Source: Bacteroidota bacterium
GTDB lineage: Bacteria; Bacteroidota; Bacteroidia; Flavobacteriales; UBA7312
Length of the DNA: 64,000 bases
Direction of reading: 5' to 3'
NCBI GenBank assembly: GCA_036340235.1
Contig: JAYYZE010000010.1
Coordinates: forward strand, 8,196 to 72,195
Shown here: positions 49,669 through 57,887 of the stretch, piece after piece
Layout of the letters: each line of letters opens with the position of its first letter
Position numbering within the stretch: the stretch's first letter is position 1
Notes under the pieces: generated by a model
The model's input: the letters and a program-made list of their open reading frames with translations, nothing else
Told to the model about the DNA's origin: nothing
Database searches by the model: none
Program-made: the position numbers and the translations under genes

Positions 49669-49746
49669 TTGTTGGATTTTAATGCAATTTAATGATTTAT
49701 CGTAAATTATTCAATAGTTTTGTACTAACTATATATTTCATAGCAT

Positions 49747-50925
49747 ATGTCAACAGATTTGTTTCAAGCTCCCGATTATTTTCAACTTGATGAGCTTTTA
49801 AGTGACGAACATAAATTGGTTCGCGAGGCTGCTCGTGAATGGGTTAAGAGAGAAGTATCTCCCATTATAGAAGACAGTTGTCAAAAGGCAGTATTTCCTA
49901 GTCATCTTATTTCCGGATTGGCGGAAATCGGCGCTTTTGGCCCCTATATTCCTGCGGAGTATGGAGGAGCTGGCCTTGACCAAATATCGTATGGTCTTAT
50001 CATGCAAGAGTTGGAACGTGGTGACAGTGGCATCCGTTCCACTGCCTCTGTTCAGTCCTCATTAGTCATGTATCCAATTTTCAAATATGGCAATGAAGTG
50101 CAACGTCAGAAATACCTTCCAAAGCTAGCCAGCGGCGAGATGGTTGGTTGTTTTGGACTAACAGAACCTGACTTTGGGTCTAATCCTGGAGGAATGGTCA
50201 CCAACTACAAAGACATGGGAGACCACCTCTTATTGAATGGTGCAAAACTTTGGATATCCAATTCTCCTTTTGCTGATATTGCCATTGTATGGGCTAAAAA
50301 CGAACAAGGCAGAATCAATGGATTGATTGTCGAAAGAGGCATGGAGGGATTTTCTACTCCAGAAACACATAACAAGTGGAGCTTAAGAGCTTCTGCTACT
50401 GGCGAATTAGTATTTGACAACGTCAAAGTACCGAAGGCCAATTTGCTAACTGGCAAGGATGGACTAGGCGCTCCATTAGGTTGTTTGGACTCCGCACGTT
50501 ATGGCATTGCATGGGGAACCATCGGGGCAGCCATGGATTGTTACGATACCGCATTACGATACGCCAAAGAACGCATTCAATTTGGTAAACCCATTGCTGG
50601 TTTTCAACTTCAACAGAAGAAGCTAGCTGAAATGATTACTGAAATCACCAAAGCACAGTTTATCACTTGGCGCTTGGGTGTCTTAAGAAATGAAGGCAGA
50701 GCAACATCAGCACAGATTTCTATGTGTAAACGAAATAATGTCGATATGGCTCTTAATATTGCCAGGGATGCCAGACAAATTTTAGGCGGAATGGGGATAA
50801 CAGGCGAATACCCTATTATGCGTCACATGATGAATTTAGAATCTGTGGTAACTTACGAGGGAACTCATGATATCCATCTTTTAATAACAGGACTAGATAT
50901 TACTGGCGAAAACGCATTCGTTTGA
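49747..50925 (+). CDS. Acyl-CoA dehydrogenase (glutaryl-CoA dehydrogenase-like)
   Basis: ELERGDSG, GCFGLTEPDFGS, SARYGIAWG and TYEGTHDIH motifs. Confidence 0.9.
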   Translation: MSTDLFQAPDYFQLDELLSDEHKLVREAAREWVKREVSPIIEDSCQKAVFPSHLISGLAEIGAFGPYIPAEYGGAGLDQISYGLIMQELERGDSGIRSTASVQSSLVMYPIFKYGNEVQRQKYLPKLASGEMVGCFGLTEPDFGSNPGGMVTNYKDMGDHLLLNGAKLWISNSPFADIAIVWAKNEQGRINGLIVERGMEGFSTPETHNKWSLRASATGELVFDNVKVPKANLLTGKDGLGAPLGCLDSARYGIAWGTIGAAMDCYDTALRYAKERIQFGKPIAGFQLQQKKLAEMITEITKAQFITWRLGVLRNEGRATSAQISMCKRNNVDMALNIARDARQILGGMGITGEYPIMRHMMNLESVVTYEGTHDIHLLITGLDITGENAFV

Positions 50926-50943
50926 TTGTTACTGATACTTAAG

Positions 50944-50973
50944 AAAAGCACTCCATTGGGAGTGCTTTTTTTT
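50944..50973. terminator. Bidirectional intrinsic terminator between acyl-CoA dehydrogenase and nrdA
   Basis: AAAAGCACTCC-ATTG-GGAGTGCTTTTTTTT. Confidence 0.85.
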
Positions 50974-51001
50974 GGTAGTCTACTCAAAAGAAAGATGACT
51001 A

Positions 51002-52750
51002 TTATGCTTCACAACTTTCGCACTCTTTCTTCTGCTTAAACTTTTGAGCTGCATTCATACTGTGTTGATAGTACAACGACTTAATATTCAATTTCCAAGC
51101 TGTGATGTGTATCTTGTTAATTTCTTTAGGAGACATATCAGGGTGTACCATTATGTTTAGAGATTGTCCTTGATCGATATGATTTTGACGATTTGCTGCT
51201 TGATATATGATATCAAGCTGGTCTATTTCCGAATAAGTTTTAAAGACATTTTTTTCGTGGTCTGTAAGAATCTCCAAGTGTTGAACCGAGCCATCATTAT
51301 CTCTTATACTATCCCATATCTCTTTATTGTCATATCCTTTTTCGGCCAGTAGTTGTACTAAAAACGGATTTTTGATAGTCGTTTTAACCTTGGCAATATC
51401 TTTCACGTAAATATTGGACCAGATGGGCTCAATACCTTGTGACACTTGTCCTAAGATAAACGCTGAAGAGGTGGTGGGAGCAACGGCATTTAAAGTGGCA
51501 TTTCGTCTTCCGTATCCTTTCAGTGTTTTGGGTTCACCAAACTTTGTTGCTAATTCACTAGAGGCTTTGTAAGAATGGCTTTTGATTAATCTAAACACTT
51601 CACTATTTAAGTCAAAGGCATCCTGGGAGTCGAACGGAAGAGACTTAGACTGAAGTAATGAATGCCACCCAAGTACACCTAAGCCCAACGCTCGGTTATC
51701 TTTAGCAAAATTGTAAGCCCGTTCCATAAACAAGAACGTTTGTTTATCGTCATTACTGTCGGAATCTCTATATCTCTCGAGTTTAGTCAAAAACTCAGTA
51801 ACAACAGCGTCTAAAAAATAAACCATTGTTTCAACGGCATCAGTATCTTTCCACTTGTCGTAATGAAGAAGATTAACGGAAGATAAGACACAAACAAATG
51901 ACCAGTCAGAATTTGAAGGAAGCATAATTTCAGTACAGAGATTGCTGGCATTTATCGATAGGTCTTTATCTCTAAATACTTCGGGTGCTCCACTGTTTGC
52001 TTTATCTTTGAAGAAGATGTAGGGATACCCAATTTCGCATCGACGTTGTATCACTTTTGCCCATATTTTACGTTTGTCAGCATCCCCGTCAATCATTTCC
52101 TGCATCCATTGGTCGTTGATTGAAACACCATGGGTAAGTTCCTGAATTGGATTTCCTTCGGTTCCGATGTCTAAAAATTCTTCAATGTCGTGATGTTCAA
52201 CAGGAAGGTAAGGAGAAAATCGCCCCCTTCTAACCGAGCCTTGACTAACAACATCCACCATGGACTCAAATAATTGCATAATATGCACAGCTCCTGACGC
52301 GACTCCATTATCTTTTACTTCAGCACCTCTATGACGTATGTGACCAAAATATCCTGATGTTCCGCCACCAAGTTTAGACATCATACCCACTTCAGATTGT
52401 GTGTAAAGTATGTTGCCCATGTCATCGTCTACATTTGAACCAAAACAGCTGATTGGCAGTCCCCTTTCTTTTCCGAAGTTTGACCATACTGGGGACGCTA
52501 GTGAATAAAAACCTTCCGACATATAGTGGTAGAACTTTTCAGAAAAGCCAGGAATGTTTAATATTTTCTCTGCATTATCTGCAATATCCTTAATACGTGC
52601 TTCTGGGGTTTCACCATCAGACAAATAGCCTGAAGCCAAAAATTGTCTGCTGTGATCGGTCAACCAACCAAAATTTTCAGACTTAAACTGCTCTTTGGAT
52701 GGATTACTCGCTTGCTTTGATAGTGGTTTTTCTTGTTGTGTTAGTTTCAT
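51002..52750 (-). CDS. nrdA: Class I ribonucleotide reductase alpha subunit, short form without ATP cone
   Basis: LPISCF, GGGTS, SNLCTEI, APTTSS, KSLYY and C-terminal CESC motifs. Confidence 0.95.
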   Translation of the reverse strand: MKLTQQEKPLSKQASNPSKEQFKSENFGWLTDHSRQFLASGYLSDGETPEARIKDIADNAEKILNIPGFSEKFYHYMSEGFYSLASPVWSNFGKERGLPISCFGSNVDDDMGNILYTQSEVGMMSKLGGGTSGYFGHIRHRGAEVKDNGVASGAVHIMQLFESMVDVVSQGSVRRGRFSPYLPVEHHDIEEFLDIGTEGNPIQELTHGVSINDQWMQEMIDGDADKRKIWAKVIQRRCEIGYPYIFFKDKANSGAPEVFRDKDLSINASNLCTEIMLPSNSDWSFVCVLSSVNLLHYDKWKDTDAVETMVYFLDAVVTEFLTKLERYRDSDSNDDKQTFLFMERAYNFAKDNRALGLGVLGWHSLLQSKSLPFDSQDAFDLNSEVFRLIKSHSYKASSELATKFGEPKTLKGYGRRNATLNAVAPTTSSAFILGQVSQGIEPIWSNIYVKDIAKVKTTIKNPFLVQLLAEKGYDNKEIWDSIRDNDGSVQHLEILTDHEKNVFKTYSEIDQLDIIYQAANRQNHIDQGQSLNIMVHPDMSPKEINKIHITAWKLNIKSLYYQHSMNAAQKFKQKKECESCEA

Positions 52751-52762
52751 ATATTTAAATTT

Positions 52763-54034
52763 TTAGAATAAGTCATCTGACGTTAAACTTTGTGTTCTTT
52801 TACTGTAGTTGATGGATCTTTTGACAAAAAAGTCACCATGTTTTGTACCTATAATTTCGTCATTAAACCACTCTGTATCTTGCAATATGTTGTCATCTAT
52901 ATTGAATCGTTTCGGAAAGCCAATGCTTTCAAGAGATTTATTGAATCTATCTTTTAGGAACTCGTCAATCTGATTTATTGGAATAAAGTCTAACTCACCG
53001 TCCTCAAATATCCATCTGACAATATCCATTTCAGAATCATAAGCCTCTTTACACATCCTATGTATTTTGTTCACGTATAATTCGTCAAACCAGTCGGGGT
53101 TTTCTTTTTTGATGATGTTGATGATATCAATACCAAAATCACCATGGATTTGCTCTTCTTTGGAGGTTGCTTCAACCACGTTAGATATTCCTTTTAGCAT
53201 GTTTCTGTGCTTGTTGAAAGCCATAATTATCAGAAATTGGGAAAAGAGTGAAACGTGCTCAATAAATAATGAAAACAGAAGCACTGACTCGGTGTAATCT
53301 TGGTGATCCGAACTTTTAGCATGCATGAGAGAAGCCTCCAAGTACCTAACTCTTCTGGTTAGGACAGGATTATCTTTTATCCTTTCAAATTCTTTATTAA
53401 GACCTAAAATTTCCAATAAATGAGAATACGCATCGGCGTGTCTGACCTCACTTTCGGCGAAGGTTGCTCCCACAGACCCCACCTCGGGCTTGGTTATTAC
53501 CTTGTGTATATCGCCCCAAAAGGATTTGACTGCCACCTCTATTTGCGAGATGGCTAGCATAGCGTTTTTGATGGCGCTGCGTTCCCTGTCTGTTAACTTG
53601 GCTTTGAAATCTTGGATATCACTTGTAAAATTGAATTCAGTGTGAATCCAGTATGAGTGTCTAATAGCAGGAACATATTCATACAGTTCTGGGTATTCGA
53701 AGGGCTTTAGATTGACTCGTTTTGCAAAAATATTTCGTTCGCGCTTTACCGCCTGCCTGTTTCTGTATAGTATATACGCTTTTGCTGTTTTGAAGAAATT
53801 GGTCAGCATCAATTCATTCTCAACCATGTCCTGAATTTCTTCGACATTTGGGATATATCGAGGGTTATCCTTGATTTTAAAATCTAGTTTTTGCACTACA
53901 TTGTCAGTTACATTTTTAGCGGCATCTATGTCACCTTCCTCACATGCCAGCATAGCATGCGATATGGCGTCTGTGATTTTTTGTGGGTTGAACTTTTGCT
54001 GCGTTTGGTCTCTTTTAAAAATAATTCTATTCAT
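52763..54034 (-). CDS. nrdB: Ribonucleotide reductase beta subunit with N-terminal ATP cone (class Id / NrdBi type)
   Basis: ATP cone IFKRD...KITDAI...VEEIQDMVENELM...AKAYILYR fused to a ferritin-like domain with SQIEVAVK, ESEVRHADAY, IEH and KEEQIH; C-terminal DFF...DDLF. Start set at ATG 54034. Confidence 0.93.
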   Translation of the reverse strand: MNRIIFKRDQTQQKFNPQKITDAISHAMLACEEGDIDAAKNVTDNVVQKLDFKIKDNPRYIPNVEEIQDMVENELMLTNFFKTAKAYILYRNRQAVKRERNIFAKRVNLKPFEYPELYEYVPAIRHSYWIHTEFNFTSDIQDFKAKLTDRERSAIKNAMLAISQIEVAVKSFWGDIHKVITKPEVGSVGATFAESEVRHADAYSHLLEILGLNKEFERIKDNPVLTRRVRYLEASLMHAKSSDHQDYTESVLLFSLFIEHVSLFSQFLIIMAFNKHRNMLKGISNVVEATSKEEQIHGDFGIDIINIIKKENPDWFDELYVNKIHRMCKEAYDSEMDIVRWIFEDGELDFIPINQIDEFLKDRFNKSLESIGFPKRFNIDDNILQDTEWFNDEIIGTKHGDFFVKRSINYSKRTQSLTSDDLF

Positions 54035-54301
54035 TGTTTCTTTTTTTTGAGTTACCGTTAACTCGATTTGTTTTTTTCTTTTTATTTCTGCCTTTACTTT
54101 CGCCACTTGTAATGGTATCAAAGACACAGCAAAAAAACCAAACCCATGCCCTATTACAACCTAGTAAATAACCACAAATTAATTAGATTTGGTATTACAA
54201 AACCAGAGGGTGATAAGTGAATAAGTTGAGTATTCGAGTTATTTTATCCGTTTTGTAATGACACAAATTTTTCAAAAAAAAAAATTGAAAGCAATTCAAT
54301 T

Positions 54302-54330
54302 TTATTCACAATAATTTCAAGTTTTTAACA
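54302..54330. promoter_or_regulatory. DnaA box(es) upstream of nrdB-nrdA
   Basis: TTATTCACA (54302-54310) matches TTATNCACA exactly; degenerate TTTTTAACA (54322-54330) is in the same orientation, offset by 20 bp. Confidence 0.55.
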
Positions 54331-54447
54331 CTTTTGGCTGACTGTTTTTTTCAAAATTTGGCTAGTTAATCATGTAATTTTTTGGCCAAAATACGTCCGA
54401 CAAAATTTTAATTTTTTTTATAAAAAGTTGTTAACGTTAATTTAATA

Positions 54448-55047
54448 TTACAGACGTTTGATTTTGCGGTTTTTTGCGTCTTGTTCAATGTATTTATGGG
54501 CCTCACAAAGGTCATTATACCACGACAAGCCATATCGTCTAATCAAGGGCTCCTTGAGAAAACGATGGACTGGCACTTCTAACTTTTGTCCACATTCACA
54601 AGCTGGCTTACAAATATCTACAGCCTCGTAATTGACTGCTTCAAAGTCTCTATAGGCCTTAATTCTTATGGGGAAAAGATGACATGATATGGGCTTTTTA
54701 AACTCTATTTTTCCATCGTTGTGGGCCTGTTCTATGGTGCACTTGGCGATACCTTCTTTATCAAAACTAACAAAGGCACATTCCTTATGGTCTATTAGTG
54801 GTGTGGTTTGATCGCCATCTCCGTCAATGACAGAAAAGCCTTGTGTTTCAATGGCTTTTTTTCCTTTCTCCTGCATGTAAGGCTTAACCTGATCATATAT
54901 TGTTGGCAAAAGCGCAACCTCATCACCGGTTAAGGGAGCACCAGCATCGCCCTTTACACAACAAGCCCCTTTACATGCTGACAAATCACAAACAAAATGC
55001 TTCTCAAAGACATCAAAAGACACTATTTTATCGCCGATTTGCAACAT
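54448..55047 (-). CDS. DUF3109 Cys-rich protein
   Basis: FVCDLSACKGACCVKGDAGAPL, KPISCHLFPIR and FLKEPLIRRYG motifs. Confidence 0.88.
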   Translation of the reverse strand: MLQIGDKIVSFDVFEKHFVCDLSACKGACCVKGDAGAPLTGDEVALLPTIYDQVKPYMQEKGKKAIETQGFSVIDGDGDQTTPLIDHKECAFVSFDKEGIAKCTIEQAHNDGKIEFKKPISCHLFPIRIKAYRDFEAVNYEAVDICKPACECGQKLEVPVHRFLKEPLIRRYGLSWYNDLCEAHKYIEQDAKNRKIKRL

Positions 55048-55105
55048 GCTACAAAGATAAAGAAATGAGATGTAAATTTGTGGTGAATAAATGTATTTTT
55101 GCGCT

Positions 55106-56635
55106 ATGGCAAATTACGAGGAAATTTTCAAAAAAGTAGTGGCTCACGCCAAGGAATATGGGTTTATTTTTCAATCTAGTGAATTATACGACGGCCTTTC
55201 TGCCGTTTATGATTACGGCCCAAATGGGGTAGAACTTAAAAACAATATTCGCAAATACTGGTGGAAATCCATGGTGAATATGAATGAACATATTGTGGGC
55301 TTAGATTCGGCCATTTTTATGCACCCTACAACTTGGAAAGCTTCTGGTCACGTCGATGCTTTCAACGATCCACTCATTGATAATAAAGATTCCAAGAAAC
55401 GTTACCGAGCTGATGTCCTGATTGAAGATTATGTGACCAAGGTAGAAAACAAGATAGAAAAAGAGGTCAAAAAAGCTGCCAAGCGCTTTGGCGATAGTTT
55501 CGACGAAAAGCAATTTGTTAGTACAAATGGAAGGGTTTTGGGTTACAATGCAAAATGCCAAAGTATTAGGCAGCGCTTTAGTGAGGCTATGAGTCAAAAT
55601 AACTTAGCCGATATCAAAGAACTAATTGAAGAATTAGCAATCGTATGCCCAGTTTCTGGTACAAAAAATTGGACAGATGTACGTCAATTCAACTTGATGT
55701 TTAAAACACAAATGGGGTCTACTGCGGATGGCGCTACAGACCTTTATCTAAGACCCGAAACAGCCCAAGGTGTCTTTGTCAACTTCCTAAATGTGCAAAA
55801 GACAGCACGGATGAAAATTCCTTTTGGTATTGCTCAAACAGGTAAGGCCTTTCGAAATGAAATTGTGGCAAGACAATTCATTTTTAGAATGCGTGAGTTT
55901 GAACAAATGGAAATGCAGTTTTTTGTTCGACCAGGTGAAGAATTGAAATGGTATGAGCATTGGAAAGAAAACCGTATGCAATGGCACCTCAGCTTAGGCA
56001 TTGACAAAAGCTACTTTCGTTTTCACGACCACGACAATCTAGCGCACTACGCTAATGCGGCGTGTGACATAGAGTTCAAATTTCCTTTTGGATTTAAAGA
56101 GTTAGAAGGCATACATTCACGCACCGATTTTGATTTAAAAAGCCATCAAGAACATTCGGGAAGAAAAGTGCAGTACTTTGACCCCGAAATCAATGAAAGC
56201 TACGTGCCTTATGTGGTGGAAACCTCCATTGGTTTGGATCGTATGTTTTTGACCATACTCAGTCATTCGTATAAAGAAGAAGAAGTTAATGGAGAAAATC
56301 GCCTAGTGTTATCGATACCGCCTCAACTAGCTCCTGTTAAAGCAGCTGTTTTACCTTTGACCAAAAAGCATGGTTTACCTCAAAAAGCAAGAGAGGTCAT
56401 GAGTTTGTTACAAGCCGACTTCAATTGTCAGTACGAAGAAAAAGACTCTATAGGCAAGCGATACAGGCGTCAAGACGCTATAGGAACACCTTATTGCATT
56501 ACGGTTGATCATCAATCTCTTGAAGATAATACGGTTACTCTGAGAGATAGAGATACAATGGGGCAAGAGCGCATTTCTGTTAACGAATTACATTCGACAG
56601 TGTCCAAAAAAGTGAGTCTTAGAAATTATTTGTAG
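55106..56635 (+). CDS. glyQS: Glycine--tRNA ligase (alpha2 type)
   Basis: YDYGPNG, LRPETAQG, GKAFRNEI, REFEQME and SIGKRYRRQD motifs. Start set at ATG 55106. Confidence 0.97.
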   Translation: MANYEEIFKKVVAHAKEYGFIFQSSELYDGLSAVYDYGPNGVELKNNIRKYWWKSMVNMNEHIVGLDSAIFMHPTTWKASGHVDAFNDPLIDNKDSKKRYRADVLIEDYVTKVENKIEKEVKKAAKRFGDSFDEKQFVSTNGRVLGYNAKCQSIRQRFSEAMSQNNLADIKELIEELAIVCPVSGTKNWTDVRQFNLMFKTQMGSTADGATDLYLRPETAQGVFVNFLNVQKTARMKIPFGIAQTGKAFRNEIVARQFIFRMREFEQMEMQFFVRPGEELKWYEHWKENRMQWHLSLGIDKSYFRFHDHDNLAHYANAACDIEFKFPFGFKELEGIHSRTDFDLKSHQEHSGRKVQYFDPEINESYVPYVVETSIGLDRMFLTILSHSYKEEEVNGENRLVLSIPPQLAPVKAAVLPLTKKHGLPQKAREVMSLLQADFNCQYEEKDSIGKRYRRQDAIGTPYCITVDHQSLEDNTVTLRDRDTMGQERISVNELHSTVSKKVSLRNYL

Positions 56636-56648
56636 ACGTTCAATCTTT

Positions 56649-57212
56649 TTATTTTCCATTATAGTTATTCATGGTTTGGACTAACCCAATAGTGCCAAAA
56701 GACAAAACCATTGTAGCGGTTTGCTGTAACCGCTCCTTTAGATCGTTTTCTTCGCCGGGGGTCCAGCCTGATAATACATACTGTGCCTGCTGACCTTTCA
56801 AAAATTGATTCCCTACACCAAAACGCAAACGGGCGTATTTTGTGTGTCCCAGAAAATGGTTGATATCTTTCAGTCCATTATGTCCCCCATCCGATCCCTT
56901 TCCTCTGAGACGTAAAGTGCCAAAAGGCAGGTCAATGTCGTCTGTTATAACAAGTAGATTTGAAGCGTCAATTTTTAGCGCTTGCATCCAATAATTAACT
57001 GCTTTACCACTTAGATTCATAAAAGTGGTAGGTTTGATTAGATGGAAGGTTCTTGATTTGTGTTTGATACTGGCGTATAAGGCGTGCTTTTCGTCTTTAA
57101 AAAAAGCATTAGACAACTCTGCAAGAGTGTCCAATGCTTTGAATCCAATGTTGTGTCTCGTATGTTCGTACTTAACACCTGGGTTTCCTAATCCAACAAT
57201 GAGGTATTTCAT
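56649..57212 (-). CDS. pth: Peptidyl-tRNA hydrolase
   Basis: LIVGLGNPG...TRHNIGF, KPTTFMNLSG and GGHNGLK motifs. Confidence 0.97.
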   Translation of the reverse strand: MKYLIVGLGNPGVKYEHTRHNIGFKALDTLAELSNAFFKDEKHALYASIKHKSRTFHLIKPTTFMNLSGKAVNYWMQALKIDASNLLVITDDIDLPFGTLRLRGKGSDGGHNGLKDINHFLGHTKYARLRFGVGNQFLKGQQAQYVLSGWTPGEENDLKERLQQTATMVLSFGTIGLVQTMNNYNGK

Positions 57213-57230
57213 TGTTTTAAGATGTACATA

Positions 57231-57863
57231 TTATGATTCAGATGGGGTATCGGTACCTTCCGCTGCTGCACCTTCCGCTGCTGCACCCTCATCAGCTTCT
57301 TCATCTTCATCCTCTTCAACTGCACCACGGGCCATTTTAACAGCTACAATAACAGCTCTATCGGCTTCCAAGAATGCGTATTTCTCACTTCTAACATCCC
57401 CAACATAAAGTACTTTTCCAATTTTCATATCTTCGATGTTGATTTCGATAGAATCTGGCAAATTGGCAGGTAAAGCACGTGTTTTGATAGCTCGTCTAAT
57501 GACTTTTAAATTTCCACCATTTCTAACCCCTATGGGTGTTCCAATAAAGTTGATTGGAATACTTAAGGTAACTTCCTTATCGTCAAATACTTGTAGAAAG
57601 TCAACATGTAAAATACGATCCGTAACTGGATGAAATTGAATGTCTTGAAGAATCGCTTTGAAAGTGTCCTTACCGTTTTCTATTTCTACGATGTAAACGC
57701 TTGGGGTATTGACAAGCTTATTAAGGTCATTCTCTGAGGCAGAGAAGTACACTTGCTTTTCTCCCCCGTAAAGTACGCATGGAACTTTACCCTGATTTCT
57801 AAGTGCTCGGTTTGCGATTTTGTTGGTTTCTCTCGCTTCAGCACTAATGGCAAATGTTTTCAT
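57231..57863 (-). CDS. rplY: 50S ribosomal protein L25 / Ctc
   Basis: VPCVLYGG and IQFHPVTDRILHVDF motifs; acidic C-terminal tail. Confidence 0.96.
   Translation of the reverse strand: MKTFAISAEARETNKIANRALRNQGKVPCVLYGGEKQVYFSASENDLNKLVNTPSVYIVEIENGKDTFKAILQDIQFHPVTDRILHVDFLQVFDDKEVTLSIPINFIGTPIGVRNGGNLKVIRRAIKTRALPANLPDSIEINIEDMKIGKVLYVGDVRSEKYAFLEADRAVIVAVKMARGAVEEDEDEEADEGAAAEGAAAEGTDTPSES
57255..57287. repeat. 15-bp tandem repeat (2.2 copies) encoding EGAAA in the L25 tail
   Basis: ACCTTCCGCTGCTGC twice, then ACC. Confidence 0.85.
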
Positions 57864-57887
57864 TTTTTAAAAAAATAAGATTAATAA

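Noticed and set aside
7613-50973. Similar hairpins AGCACCTCC/GGAGGTGCT (7613) and AGCACTCC/GGAGTGCT (50947) as a REP/MITE family
   Set aside because: Two non-identical copies, both explained as intrinsic terminators between convergent genes.
54035-54127. 31-aa N-terminal extension of NrdB from the ORF track (GTG 54127)
   Set aside because: The ATP cone begins at MNRIIFKRD, and ATG 54034 has a typical A-rich initiation region.
54035-54447. Replication origin (AT-rich region with DnaA boxes)
   Set aside because: Only one perfect box, no dnaA/gidA neighbours, and no obvious strand-skew switch by eye. A cumulative GC-skew plot would settle it.
57231-57330. GC-rich repeat in rplY as a contingency locus
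   Set aside because: An in-frame 15-bp duplication within the normal low-complexity acidic tail of L25/Ctc.
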